A stretch of 64,000 nt of DNA, from contig CM059431.1 in the NCBI GenBank assembly GCA_030390025.1, positions 151,344,001 to 151,408,000 of the forward strand. The letters run 5' to 3'. This DNA is from Squalus acanthias. Taxonomy: Eukaryota. Numbering within the stretch: position 1 is the first letter of the stretch; each line of letters starts with the position of its first letter. This document shows positions 49,392 through 62,455 of the stretch, piece after piece. A model generated the notes under the pieces. That model did no database searches and was not told the origin of the DNA. It was given only the letters and a program-made list of their open reading frames with translations. Position numbers and translations under genes: made by a program.

Positions 49392-52180
49392 CATAGAGAC
49401 ATAGAGAAATAACGGCACAGAAGGAGGCCAAACGGCCAATCGAGTCCGTGCCGGCTCTCTGTAGAGCAATCCAGTCAATCCCATTCACCAGCGCTATCCC
49501 CGCAGCCCTGCACGTTTATTTCCCTGAAGTGCCTATCCATATTCCCCTTGAAAAAAATGAGTGTATCCGCTTCCACCACTTCCGTCGGCAGCAAATTCAA
49601 GGTCATCACCACTCGCTGCGTTAAAAAGTTTTACCTCACATCCTCCCTGTATCTCTTGTCTAAAAACCTTAAATCTGTGTCCCTTCGGCCTTGTACCATC
49701 AACTAGTGGGAACAGCCTTTCCCTGTGTAGCCTATCTAAATCCGTCATGCTCTTGTACCCCTTTTTCAAATCAACCCTCAACCTCCTTTGCTGCAATGAA
49801 AACAAATCCAGCATTTCCAACCTGTCCTTTTAGGTAAGATCCCCCATCCACGGAACCATTTTGGAAAATCTCCTCTGCACCTTCTCAAGGGCCTTCACAT
49901 CCTTACTAAAGTGTGGTGACCAGAACTGGACCCAATACTCCAGTTGTGGCCTAACCAGAGCTTTATAAATGTTCAGCATAACTTCTCTACATTTGTACTC
50001 AATACCTATATATAGAAGGCCAAGATCCCGTATGCTTTGATAACCACTCTCTCAATATGGCCTGCCACCTTCAGAGACATGCACATTACCACATTACCTA
50101 TCAGGTCCCTCTGTCCCTGCACAGTCTTTAAAACTGTGCCATTAAGTGTATATTGCCTCTCCCTGTTCCTTCTGCCAAAATGCATCACCTCACAATTCTC
50201 TGTATTAAATTCTATTCACCACTTGTCTGCTCATTCTGCTAGCCTTTCTATGTCCTGTTGCAGTCGATTGGTATCATCCTCAATGTTAGCCACCAAGTTT
50301 GATGTCATCGGCAAATTTAGAAATTCTACTCTGTATTCCAATATCCAGGTCAATTATACAAGTTTAAAAAAGCAGGGGCCCCAACACTGACCTTTGGGGA
50401 ACACCACTGTCCACCATCCTCCAGTCTGAAGAACAGTCATTTATTACAACTAGCTGTTGTCTGTCCTTAAGCCAATTCCTTATCCAAGCTGCCACTGAAG
50501 AAACTTTTCCATGAGGCTAAATTTAGTTAACCAGTCATCTATGTGGTACTTTGTCAAACGACTTCCGAAAATCCATGTAGACAACATCCATTCCCTTCAT
50601 CGATCCTCCCTGTTACTTCATCAAAAAATTCAATTAGATTAGTCAAACACGATCTGCCTTTTACAAATCCGTGTTGGCTCTCCTTAATTAGCTAAAACCT
50701 CTCCAAGTGCCCGTTAATTTTTTTACTTGATTACTGTTTCTAAAACTTTACCCACCACTGATGTTAATTTGACTGGCCTGTAGTTGCTAGGATTATCCTT
50801 ACACCCCTTCTTGAGCAATGGTGTCACATTTGCAACTTTCCAATCCTCAGGCGTCCCCCTGCATCTAGGGAAGATTGAAAAATTATGCTTAGACTTTCCG
50901 CTATCTCCTCCCGCAATTCCCTTATAATTCTGGGATGCAAGCCATCTGGACCAGGCGACTTGTCCACGCTGAGAAAACCCAGCCTTTATGGTACATCCTG
51001 TCTATCAATTTTTACCCCTGCCTTGCTTCTACCTTTTCCACGTCTACCGATATTTTGTCAGCATCCACCTCCTTTGTAAACGCCGATACAAAGTACTCAT
51101 TGAGTATTCTACCCTTGCCCTGCGCCTCGATGCATATATCACCTTCATTGTTCCTAATAGGCCCAACCCTGCCTCTTACTACCCGCTTACTGCTTATGTG
51201 CTGGTAGAAGACTTTTGGGTTCCCTTTTATTTTAACCAACATTCTACTCTCATATTCTCTTTGCCAATCTTTGTTTCATCTCCACATCCCCTCCCAACTT
51301 ATTCGGCCTGGTCCTCCCTTGAAGAATTCACCTGACATGCATCATACACCCTCTTTGTTTTTCATCATCATCTCTATCTCCTTCGGCATCGAAGGAGCAC
51401 CTGCGTTGCTTCCCTCACCTTCCCTCTTATTGGAATGTATCTATCCTGTACTTCGATCATCTCCTCCTTAAAGATCACCCATTATTCCGTAACAGTTTTC
51501 CGGTCAGTCTTTGGTTCCATTTTACCCTGGCTAGATCCTTTCGGATCCCATTGAAGGTAACACTATTCCAGTTTAGAAGTTCCACTCGAGATTGTTCCTT
51601 GCTCCTATCCATTGCTAATCTAGATCTTATGATACGATGAGCACTCGTACCCAAGTATTCCCCCACAGACACTTGGTCGAACTGCCCCACCTCATTCCCC
51701 AGCATCAGATCCAGCAATGCCTCCTTCCTAGTTTGGTCAAGAACATATTGGTCAAGGAAATTCTCCTCAACACATTTCAGAAATTCCTCTCCCTCCTTTC
51801 CCTTTACCGTAGCATTATCCCAATCGATATTTGGGTAATTAAAGTCCCCCAATATCACCACTCTATAGCTCATACATATCTCTGCGATTTCCCTGCAGAT
51901 TTGCTCATCTACCTCACTCGCACTGTTTGGAGGCCTATAGAATACTCCCAATTGCGTGATCATACCCTTTTTGCTCCTCCACTCTAACCAAATGGTTTCT
52001 GTCCTTGTCCCCTCAAGAACATCCTCCATTTCCAACACTACAATGTCTTCCTTAAACAGCACTGCCACCCAAGAAACTTTCTTCCTTCCCTATCTTTTCT
52101 GACCAAATTGTACCCTTGAATATTAAGTGCTCATTCCTCACCATTTTAAAGCCGCGTTTCCGTTATTGCCACATCATTGT
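49392..52180 (-). mobile_element. CR1 LINE (EN+RT) inserted into a Deu-SINE
   Basis: EN ORF 51475-52068 (YRPPN, LGDFNYP); flanks at ~49305-49390 and ~52185 onward match the SINE at 3377-3625. Confidence 0.9.
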
Positions 52181-52184
52181 TGGA

Positions 52185-52722
52185 ATTGCACACAGAAAAT
52201 TCCCATAAATACCAATGAGAAAATGACCAGATCATCTTGCCTGTTTTGTGATGTATATTAAGGGGGAAATATTGTCCCAAGACACCGTGGAGAACAACTT
52301 TGCACTTCTCCCAATAGTGGCCATGAGATTGTTTATGCTCACATAAGAGGGCAGGCGGTGCCTCGGATAAACGTTTTATCCAAAGACGGAATTGATCCCT
52401 CGGTCTTTTGGACGAGACGTTCAACCGAGGCTACAATCTCATGGCCACTCTTGGGAGAAGAGTATAGGAGCTCTCCTCAGTATGCTGGCCCAATATTTAC
52501 CCTAATAAAGAGATTGTCTGATCATTACCGCATTGGTGTTGTGGGATCTTGCTGTTCGAAAATTGGCTGCTGCATTTCCTACATTACAACAGTTCAAAAG
52601 TACTTCATTGTTTGTAAGACGCTTTGGGACGTCCTGAGGTTGTAAAAGGCGCCATATCAATGCAAATTCGTTCTTTCTTCGAATAGTGCCATGGGAACTT
52701 CCACATCCACCTGAGAGGACAG
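52185..52722. mobile_element. Head-to-head Deu-SINE fragments
   Basis: Paralog of 3500-4110 with Deu core motifs on both strands. Confidence 0.72.
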
Positions 52723-53169
52723 ACTTCAATGGAAGTAAAAATCGGCAGGGATGAGTAACGGGGCAACCGTTTCGCTATCGCCCGTTTCACACTAACGCAC
52801 GAAGTCAATATCACCGGATTATCACTGCATTTAGTCTGGAACCAGTCCCAGGGGTGTGAAATGCACCGGTATGAATGCTGGACTCACTGACTAGACTCGC
52901 ACGGCAATAGTGTCTTGGTGACACGCTGGGGAGTTCCTTGGACCCGCGCTCTGTGAACTAAGATAACAGACAGTGAGGGGGAAAGAGAGAACAAAACAGA
53001 CCTTTTTCAATATATTCGCAGAATTGTTCATTTATTGTAATGCAAAGTCGATTATCTTACAGTATATCAGACACAGAACGTCAGGAGACTATTGCCCAGT
53101 TGCTTTTCCTCAACATCTACTAAAGGTGTCGCTTCTGGTTATGTTTGTAAAGCATTACAGCATCAGAAT

Positions 53170-54090
53170 TTTGCAGATGATGCAAAAATAACCGTGTGTT
53201 TGATAATGAAGAAGAAAGCTGCAGACTGAAGGAAGATGTCAATGGACTGGTCAGGTGGGCAGAACAGTGGCAAATGAAATTCAATCAGGAGAAGTGTGAG
53301 GTAATGCATTTGGTGAGGGCTAAAAAGGCAAGGGAATATCAATAAATGGTAGGACACTGAGAAGTGCAGAGGATCAGCGGGACCTTGGCGTGCATGTCCA
53401 CATATACCTGAAGGTAGCAGGAGAGGTACACAAGGTGGTTAAGAATGCCTACGGGATTCTTGACTTTATTAGCCGAGGAATAGAATATAACATCAGGGAG
53501 ATTATGCTTGAACTGTTAAAACACTAGTTAGGCTGCAGCTAGAATACTACTTGAAGTTCCGGTCACCACATTGCAAGAAGGATGTGAATGCATGAGAGAG
53601 GGTGCAGAGGAGATTTACGATGACGTGGCTTGGGCTGGGAAATTTTAGATTAGAGCAAAGATTGGATCGGCTGTGGTTGTTTTCTTTGGAAGAGAGGAGT
53701 CTGAGGGGAGACCTAATTGTTGTGTATAAAATTATGAAGGGCCTAGATAGAGTGGATATGAAGGACTTATTTCCCTTAGCAGAAGGATCAATAACCAGGG
53801 GGCATAGATTTAAAGTAATTGGTAGGAGGTTTAGAGAGGATTTGAGGAGAACTTTTTACACCCAGAATATGGTGGGGGTCTGGAACTCACTGCCTGAAAG
53901 GGTGGTAGAGGCAGAAACCCTCGTCACATTTGAAAAGTGCTTGGATATGTACTTGAAGTGCCATAACCTACAAGGCTACGGATTAAGTGCTGGAAAGTGG
54001 GATTAGCGGGTATAGCACTTTGTCGGCCGGCATGGACAAGATAGGCCGAATGTCCGCCTTTTGTGCTGTCAATTTCTATGATTCTATGTA
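53170..54090 (+). mobile_element. CR1 3' region (undeleted version of the 382-810 fragment)
   Basis: ORF 53602-54006; TTCTATGA tail. Confidence 0.9.
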
Positions 54091-54614
54091 TAGTACAGAA
54101 GCATTTAAGGGGAAGCTAGATAAACAAATAAGGGAGAAAGGAATAGAAGGTTATGCTCACTGGGTTTGATAAAGAAGGTGGTGGGAGAAGGCTCGTGTGA
54201 AGCGTAAACACCAGCACAGAGTATTTGGGCCGAATGACCTGTGTCTATGCTGTAGACCCGCTGTAACTCAATGAAATGAAGTAAAGTTGGGAGCATTTTC
54301 CATTATATAAAAGACACGAATGCTCACCCAAACTAACTGAGCGGTTGTGAAACACTTTTCAAAGTGATATTTCCGGATATCAATAAGGTTAAATTGAAAT
54401 ATTGCTTCATCCGAAACTCTGAAAGCTGCAGTCGATGAATTGGGGAAAAGAAGCATCTGAGACCGAAAGGGGAACTTTAGGAAACATGACAGGAAGCAGA
54501 CAGAAGGTAGCGTAATACATACTAACACCGCCCCATACACAGAAAGACTTTTTCGAATCAATCAATCGAACTTCCATAGCTGCGCTCAGATTGTAGTGAA
54601 CAATAGAATCAATA

Positions 54615-54965
54615 TCAACAGAAAGTGCTGGAAACACTCAGCAGGTCAGGCAGCATCGACGAGAGAGAAACAGAGTCAACGTTTCGGGTCGAACCCTTCG
54701 TCAGAACTGGAAAAGGTTAGGGAAGATACATGTTTTAGCAAGTGCTGGAAGGGGGGCAGGAAAGAACAAAGGGAAGGTCTGTGATGGGATGGAAGGCAGG
54801 AGACATTGACTGCAAAAGGGATGATAGTGCAAGGCAAAATGAGAGGTAATGGGGCAAGTTAAGAAACCAAAGTGTGCTCCAGATGTTGTGTGAATGATGA
54901 TGGCAGCAACATTAACAGCTATCATTTGAGGGAACAAGGGGAAATAAATATAAAGAAATTAAGGT
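54615..54965 (-). mobile_element. Penelope-like element terminal fragment
   Basis: Reverse complement CTGACGAAGGGTTCGACCCGAAACGTTGAC...GATGCTGCCTGACCTGCTGAG; absent from the paralogous modules. Confidence 0.7.
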
Positions 54966-55319
54966 ATATAAGCAATCATTGACATTTCCCCTTAGATGTG
55001 ATCTGATTGGGTGGCGTTTCAGGCAACTGACAATCCGTCGGCACATGTGGTAAATGATTCATATTAGTGTTGACATTTATACCTCTAGTAATCCTCCCTC
55101 GGGACAGTCCAACAACGCAATGATTTACATTAGTCACCCTGACTTGAACAAACAGATTCAGGCACCATCTGGTGTTGTTTTGATTTTCATAAATCGGTTA
55201 AACACTTTATGTGCACTGCGTTAAGGTAGATAAAGGTGTGACTGAGTACATTGAGTGATACAGAGAGACGCCAGCAGAGGGAGATAGAAAGAGGTGAGAC
55301 GGTGTACTGTCATACATAG

Positions 55320-55882
55320 GACAAAAATGAGAAGTCGCACAACACCAGGTTATAGTCCAACAGATTTATTTAATTTTACAAGCTTTCGGAGCGGTTCGCT
55401 CCTTCCTCAGGTAAGTTAGCAGTGAGAGAATCTCCCAGAATTCACAATTTAAACACAGACAAAATCTATTCAAATCTTTCGCTACATCAAAGACACACTA
55501 AGAGCACAGCCAAGACAATGAGATGTGTCCCAGGGGGTCCAACGTGTCAAACCACCTGCTGGCTGCATATCCTTTCAATTTGTGTTGGTTCTTGTGTTAG
55601 TCTTTTAAAAAAAAACACCTGGGAAGACCGGCCATGATGTCAAGTCACGTTCTGCATCATGACATGAACCCGATATCGCGATTGAGGCCATCCTCATGAG
55701 TGCGGAACTTGGCTATCAGTTTCTGCTCTATGATTTTGCGCTGACGTGTATCCCGAAGGCCGCCTTGGAGAACGCTTACCCACAGATCCAAGGCTGAATG
55801 CCCCTGGCTGCTGAAGTGTTCCCCGACTGGGAGGCAACCCTCCTGCCTGGCGATTGTTGCGCGGTGTCCGTTCATACGTTGT
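55320..55882 (-). mobile_element. 5'-truncated Penelope-like element (GIY-YIG endonuclease C-terminus + terminal repeat)
   Basis: RMNGHR...PVGEHF...EQKLIAKFRTHEDGLNRD; 10-bp TSD TCATACATAG at 55310-55319 and 55883-55892. Confidence 0.88.
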
Positions 55883-55924
55883 TCATACATAGAGACACCA
55901 GCAGAGGGAGATAGATAAAGGTGA

Positions 55925-56020
55925 GATGAAATGTCATCGACCTGAAACGTTAACTCTCTTTCTCTCTCCACGGATGTTGTCTGGCCCGCTGAGTTTTTCC
56001 AGCGTTTTCTGTTGTTATTT
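55925..56020 (+). mobile_element. Short Penelope-like terminal fragment inserted in the minisatellite
   Basis: GATGAAATGTCATCGACCTGAAACGTTAACTCT...GCTGAGTTTTTCCAGC, related to 54615-54710. Confidence 0.65.
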
Positions 56021-56560
56021 TAGATAAAGTGAGACTGTGCACAGTGATACAGTGAGGCACCAGCAGAGGGCGATAAATAAGGCGAGAGTGAGTACAGTGA
56101 GTGATACAGAGAGACACCAGCAGAGGGAGAGAGATAAAGGTAAGACTGAGTACAGTGATACAGAGAGACACCTGCAGAGGGAGAGAGATAAAGGTGAGAC
56201 TGAGTACAGTCAGTGATACAGACAAACACCAGCACAGGGAGAGAGATAAGGGTGAGACTGAGTACGGTGAGTGATAGAGAGAGACACCAGCAGAGGGAGA
56301 TAAATAAAGGTGAGACTGGGTACAGTCAGTGCTACAGAGAGACACCAGCACAGGATGAGTGATAAAGGTGAGACTGAGTAGAGTCAGTGATACAGCGACA
56401 CACCAGCACAGGGAGATAGCTAAAGGTGAGACTAGGTACAATCAGTGCTGCAGAGAGACACCAGCACAGGGAGATAGATAAAGGTGAGACTGAGTACAGT
56501 GTGTGATGTAGAGAGACACCAACAGAGGGCGGTAGTTAAAGGTGAGACTGTGTACAGTTT
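56020..56560. repeat. ~54-58 bp minisatellite, longest block (~9 units)
   Basis: Direct reading of the tandem units. Confidence 0.92.
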
Positions 56561-57674
56561 TCTCTTTGTAAACAGAGTCCAGTTGAGGCCGAACCAGTGT
56601 CTTATACAAGTTTACCATAACGTCCTTGCTTTTTCTTCTATTCCTCTATTAATAAAGCCAAGGATCCCATATGCTTGTTTAACAGCCTTCAAAACTTGTC
56701 CTGAAACCAAAAAATATTTGTGGATATCTACCCCATGTTGGCCTTTGTCTCATGGGGGCTGAAATATAATGGGGTGGATGTTATGTTGCTGTTTTACAAA
56801 GATCTGGTTAGAACCTTTTTAGGTTACTGCATTCAGTTCTGTGTAACGCACCTGAGGAAGGACAGATTGGCCTTGGATAGGGTGCAGCGCACAGTTACCA
56901 GAATTATACCGGCACTAAAATGGTTACATTGTGAAGACAGGCTGAATAGATTAGGCTTGTGTTCCTTTGAGTACAGAAAATGAAGATGTGATCTAATAGA
57001 GCTATTTAAGATGCTGAAATGAGTTGATATTGTAGATAGAGAGAAACGATTTGCTCTGGTGAGGGAATGCAGAACAAGGGGGCATAACAATGAAATTAGA
57101 AATAGGCCGTGCAGGGCTGATGTCAGTAAACGTCCCTTCATAGACTGGGAAGTGGAAATCTGGAACACTGCGCCGCAAGATCCTGATGAGGCTGCGGCTC
57201 AATTGAAAATTTCAAAACTGGGATTTGCAGATTTTGTCACGCAAGTGTACTAAGCGTTCGGGAATTAAGGAGGTAATGGAATTAAGATGCAGATAAATCA
57301 TGATATGACTGAATGGCGCAAAAGCCTTGAGGGGCTTACTGGCCTACTCATGTTCCTTTAATCCGAGAATAAGATGAGGTGCTGAGATTAAGGAGAAGGG
57401 AGTCAGATTATGGAGAAGGATGAATTGAGGAGTAGGGATCAGATTGAAGAGAAGAGTTCAGATTCAGGAGAAAGGGTCATTTCAGTTTGGAGGAGTCTCG
57501 GGGCAGGTTGATGGCTGTTACTGTGTTTGTGATATAATGTGCTGAGAAGAGGCGTCGAGCTGAAGCAATGGGGTGAAGGTGCGTGTAATCAGAGGGCAGC
57601 TGTGGACAGGAAGTGAAGGGAATGTAATTCCCGAACACAGCCACTCAGTGTCATTGTTTCGGTGGCAGTATAGA

Positions 57675-57734
57675 GCTCGGAAATGCTCAGTCGGTAGAGC
57701 ATCAGCATTTTAATCTGATGGACCTGTTCAGGCG
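57675..57734 (+). pseudogene. tRNA-Lys(TTT) pseudogene, copy 8 (T-arm deleted)
   Basis: GCTCAGTCGGTAGAGCATCAGCATTTTAATCTGATGGACCTGTTCAGGCG. Confidence 0.88.
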
Positions 57735-57909
57735 CAGCTTTAACCAATGGTATCACAATTTGGTTTAAACTTTAAAGCACCGACTTTGATTATAAACTGT
57801 CATTAAATTCGGTGTATTGTATTGAGGCTGCAGGAAACTTCAGCGTGAATTGGTCGGTTTTTTGGTGCTATAGGGAAGAAAGATTTGATAATCTTACTCG
57901 AAAGGAATA

Positions 57910-57981
57910 GCCACAGCACGCACTTGAACCCTGGACCCTCATATTTACAATCTGATGCTCCACCGACTGAGACAGCCAGTC
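57910..57981 (-). pseudogene. Diverged inverted tRNA-Lys-derived pseudogene (d)
   Basis: Reverse complement CTCAGTCGGTGGAGCATCAGATTGTAAATATGAGGGTCCAGGGTTCAAGT. Confidence 0.85.
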
Positions 57982-59014
57982 TCACGCTTTCAATTTCAAA
58001 CAGTGACATCCAGTGGCTGTCATGGAACATTACATCTTTCACATTCCGCATTTCCCACTACATTAATCGCGCGAGAACATTGCATTTCTCTCACACACCC
58101 ACAATCACTGCCTGCCACAAGGCTCACCTCACAAATACTTTCCCACACACCCACTTCTCGCTCTTTAACAGCGCTGCAATCCAGTACACAGCGCACAGTA
58201 ACGGCTCCAGTTTGCATCAAGGAACAATTCAATCTGCTTCTGCAAAGTGTGCTGCCGGGAAGGGAGAGAGATGTTAAGAAAAAGCTGAATCTTTAACAGG
58301 CTCGAATGCTAAAAGTTGTACAAGGCCAATGAACGAAGCTGAATTTATTGATGATTATTCACACTCTAACAGCATAACCAATAGAAATTGGGAAGTGAAG
58401 ATGTGGCTCAGAGGCTAATGGAATCATAGAATGATACAGTACAAAAGGAGGTCACTCGGCCAATCGTGCTTATGCCGACCCTTTGTAGATCAATGCAATT
58501 AATCCACTCCCCTGCTCTTTTCCATTGCCCTGTAATGTCTTTCCCTTCAAGTATTTATCCAATACTCTTTGAATGTTACTATTGATTCTGCTCTCACCAA
58601 CCTTTCAGACCGTGCATTCCACCTCATAACAACTCACAGCGTAATTTACTTTTTCCTGCTGTCGCCTCTGGTTCATTTGCCAATCGCCATCAATCTGTGT
58701 CTTCTGGTTAGCGACGCCTCTGCCACTGAAAACTGTCGCTCCTTATTTACTCTCTCAATAACATTGGTGATTTTGAGCATCTCAATCAAATCTCCTCTTG
58801 AACTTCTCTGCTCTAAGCAGAAAAACCCCAGGATAAAAAAATGAAGGTTGATGGCTGCTAGTATGTTTGAGATAGAATGTGCTCAGATGAGGTTTTCGAG
58901 CTGAAGAAATGGGGTGACGGTGCGTGTGTTCAAAGGGCGGCTTTGGGCAACAAGTGAAGGGACTGTAGATCCGTACCACAGCCATTAGTGTCGCTCTTTC
59001 AGACCTAAATCAGT

Positions 59015-59087
59015 GCTCGGATAGCTCAGTTGGTAAAGCATCAGACTTTTAATCTGATGGTCCAGTATTCAAGACCTTGTTCCAGCG
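59015..59087 (+). pseudogene. tRNA-Lys(TTT) pseudogene, copy 9
   Basis: GCTCGGATAGCTCAGTTGGTAAAGCATCAGACTTTTAATCTGATGGTCCAGTATTCAAGACCTTGTTCCAGCG; T-stem and B-box damaged. Confidence 0.9.
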
Positions 59088-59179
59088 CTGCTTTATTCTC
59101 AGAAAAAAAATTACCGAAATTAGATTATAACCTATCACAGAATTCGTTTTAAATTTAACAATATTCATGTATTTTAATG

Positions 59180-60217
59180 AGACAGCAGGACAGGGAGCAA
59201 TCTGGAGTAAGAATGTTTAACTGGGCGAAGGCCAATTTCAGTGGGATGAGAATGGATCTGTCCCGGGTAAACTGAAGTCAATGATGGGCAGGTAAATCTG
59301 TCGTGGAACAATCGGCTGCATTTAAAGAGGAAATAGTTCGGGTACAGTCGAGGTACATTCCCACGACGGTGGAAAGGTAGAGCAACTAAAGGCAGGGCTC
59401 CCTGGATGACGAAAAAGATAGCCAATATGATGAAGCAGAGAAAGAGCGCATATGACGGTGGTCAGGTTACAAATACGTCTGAGAATCAAGCTATATATAG
59501 AAAAGTCAGAGGAGAAGTGAAAAATAAATTAAGTGTTGCAAAGTGATGGTATGAGAACAGAATGGAAGCCAACATTAAAGGTATTCCAAAAGTCTTAAGT
59601 AGGCATATAAATAGTAAAATGTTAGTAAGAGGAGGGGTGGGGCTGTTTAGGGACCTGAAAGGAGACCTATGCATAGAGGCAGAGGGAATGGCTGGGGTAC
59701 TAAATGAGTACCTTACATTTGTCTTCACATTTGTCTTCACCAAGGAAGAGGATGCTAGCGTAGACATAGTGAAGGAGGAGGCAGTGTAGACAGTTGATAG
59801 CTTCAAAATTGATAAAGATGAGGTATTAGAAAATATGGCTGTAATTAAATTAGATACATTACCAGGAGCGGATGGGATGTATTCTAGAATGCTGAGGGAA
59901 TTGAGGGCTGAAATCGTGGAGGTACTGGCCCTAATATTTCAATCCTCCATAAAACGGGGGTGGTGACAGAGGACTGGAGAAACGTAAATGGTACACCATT
60001 GATCAAAAAAGGGTGTAAACATATTCCCAGACACAACTGGCCAGGTAGTTTAACCTCGGTAGGGGGAAGCTTTTACAAACTGTAATCGGGGACAAAATTA
60101 ACAGTCACTTGGATAGATATGGATTAATTAAGGATAGCTAGCACGGATTTGTTAAAGGCAAATCATGTTTAAGCAAATTGATCGAGTTTTTTGATAAGGC
60201 CACAGAGAGGGTTGATA
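59180..60217 (+). mobile_element. CR1 LINE (third paralog; resumes at ~63794-64000)
   Basis: Same junction and sequence as 33765 and 43745. Confidence 0.88.
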
Positions 60218-61269
60218 AGAACACTGGAACTTAAGAAATAGGAGCAGGAGTAGGTCAATCGGCCTCTCGAGCCTGCTCCACCATTCAATAAGATCATGGC
60301 TGATCTGATCCTAACCTCAAATCTAAAGAACACAAGAATAGGAGCTGGTTCCGGCCATTCAGCCCCTGGGCCCGGTCCGCCACACACAGGGCCTTGACCG
60401 ATCCGAACTCAGCCTCATGTCCAATTTCCTGCCCGCTCCCCATAACCCCTAATTCCCTTTACTTCAATGAAACTGTCTATTTCTGTTTTAAATTTATTTA
60501 ATGAAGTAGCTTCCACAACTTCCTGGGGCAGCAAATTCTACAGACCTACTACCCTCTGAGTGAAGAAGTTTCTCCTCATCCCAGTTTTGAAAGAGCAGGC
60601 CCTTATTCTAAGATAATGCCACCAAGTGCTAGTTTCACCCACCCTTGGGAACATCCTTACCGCATCCACCCGATCAAGCCCCTTCAAAATCTTCTATGTT
60701 TCAATAAGATCGCCTCTCATTCTTCTGACCTCCAATGAGTAGAGTCTCAATCTACTCAACCTCTCCTCATATATCCACCCCCTCATCCCAGGGATTAACC
60801 GAGTGAACCTTTTTTGTACTGCCTCGAGAGCAAGTATGTCATTTCATAAGTATGGACACAAAAACTGCATGCAGTATTCCAGGTGCGGTCTCACCAATAC
60901 CTTATATAACTGCAGCAATACGTCGTTGTTTTTATAATCTATCCCCCTAGCAATAAAAACCAACATTCCGTTGGCCTTCTTGATCACCTGCTGCACCTGC
61001 ATACTAACATTTTGACTTTCTTGCACTAGGACCCCCAGATCCCTATGGACTGCAGTACTTTCCAGTTTCTCGCCATTAAGATAATAACTTGTTCTCTGAT
61101 TTTTCCTGCCAAAGTGCATAACCTCACATTTTCCAATATTGTATTGCATCTGCCAAATCTCCCCCCACTCACCCAGCCTGTCTATATCCCCTTGTAGGTT
61201 TTTTATGCCCTAATCACTTTCTACTTTCCCTCCCATCTTTGTATCATCTGCAAACTTTGATATGTTACA

Positions 61270-61562
61270 TAGAAACATAGAAACATAGAAACATAGAATC
61301 TAGGAGCAGGAGTAGGCCATTCGGCCCGTCGAGCCTGCTCCACCATTCAATACGATCATGGCTGATCATCCAAATCCAGTACCCTGTCCCTGCTTTAATC
61401 CCCACAGTACACATATCCCACCCTACCCCTGTAACCCCATGTATTTAATTCCCCCTAACATATCCCATCCTATCCCCATAACCCCACATATTTAATCCCC
61501 CCCTAACACTAAGGGTCAATTTATCATAGCCAAATCAACCTAACCCGCACATTTTTGGACTA
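61270..61562 (-). mobile_element. Chimeric insertion: HE1-like SINE 3' fragment joined to a CR1 3' UTR and (TTTCTATG)n tail
   Basis: 61500-61560 is the reverse complement of HE1-like 62590-62650; 61270-61398 resembles the CR1 3' ends at 7850-7950 and 14042-14155. Confidence 0.7.
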
Positions 61563-62455
61563 ATGTAACACTCGGTCCTTTCCTCCAAATCGTTAATATA
61601 GATTGTAAAGATTGGGGACCCCGCTCCGACCCCTGCGGAACACCACTGGCTACTGGTTGCCAGTCCCAGAATGAATCATTTATCCCAACTCTCTGCTTCC
61701 TGTTAGATAACCAATCCTCCACCCATGCTGAATATTACCCCCAATCCAATGATTTTCTATCTTGAGCAATAATCTTTTCTGTGGCATCTTGTCAAATGCC
61801 TTCTGGAAGTCTAAATACACTGCGTCCACTGGTTCCCCTTTATCCATCCTGTTTGTTATGTCCGCAAAGAACTCAAGCACATTTGTCAGACATGACTTCC
61901 CCTTCATAAAGCCTTGCTGACTTTGTCCTATTAAATTATGTTTACTAAATGTTCCGTTACTGTCTCCTTAATAATAGACTCCAAATTGTTATCCACCACA
62001 GATGTTAGGGCTAACTGGTCTATAATTTCCAGCCTTCTGCCTACTACCCTTTTTAAATAAGGGTGTTACATTAGCAGTTTTCCAATCTGCCGGGACCTTT
62101 GCTGAGTCCAGGAAATTTTGGAAAATTATTACCAAAGCATCCACAATCCCAACTGCCACTTCCCTCAAGACCCTAGGATGTAAGCCATCAGGTCCAGGGG
62201 AATTATTCGCCTTGAGTATCATTATTTTACTGAGTACCAATTCCTTAGTGATTTTAATCGTATTTAGCTCCTCACCCCCTAGAGCACCCTGTTTGTCCAG
62301 TGTTGGCATATTCTTAGTGTCCACTACTGTAAAGACTGAAAAAAGTATTTGTTCAGCATTTCTGCCATCTCCATGTTTCCCACCATTAATTTCCCGGTCT
62401 CATCCTCTAGGGGACCTACGTTTGCCTCAGCCACCGTTTTTCTTTTTATATAACT

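Noticed and set aside
56020..56560. CRISPR-like array, or the 163-aa ORF at 55950-56441
   Set aside because: Head-to-tail minisatellite without unique spacers in eukaryotic DNA; the ORF is just the translated repeat
2802..59087. Functional tRNA-Lys genes
   Set aside because: Every copy has broken stems or damaged A/B boxes by manual folding; a tRNAscan-SE run would be decisive
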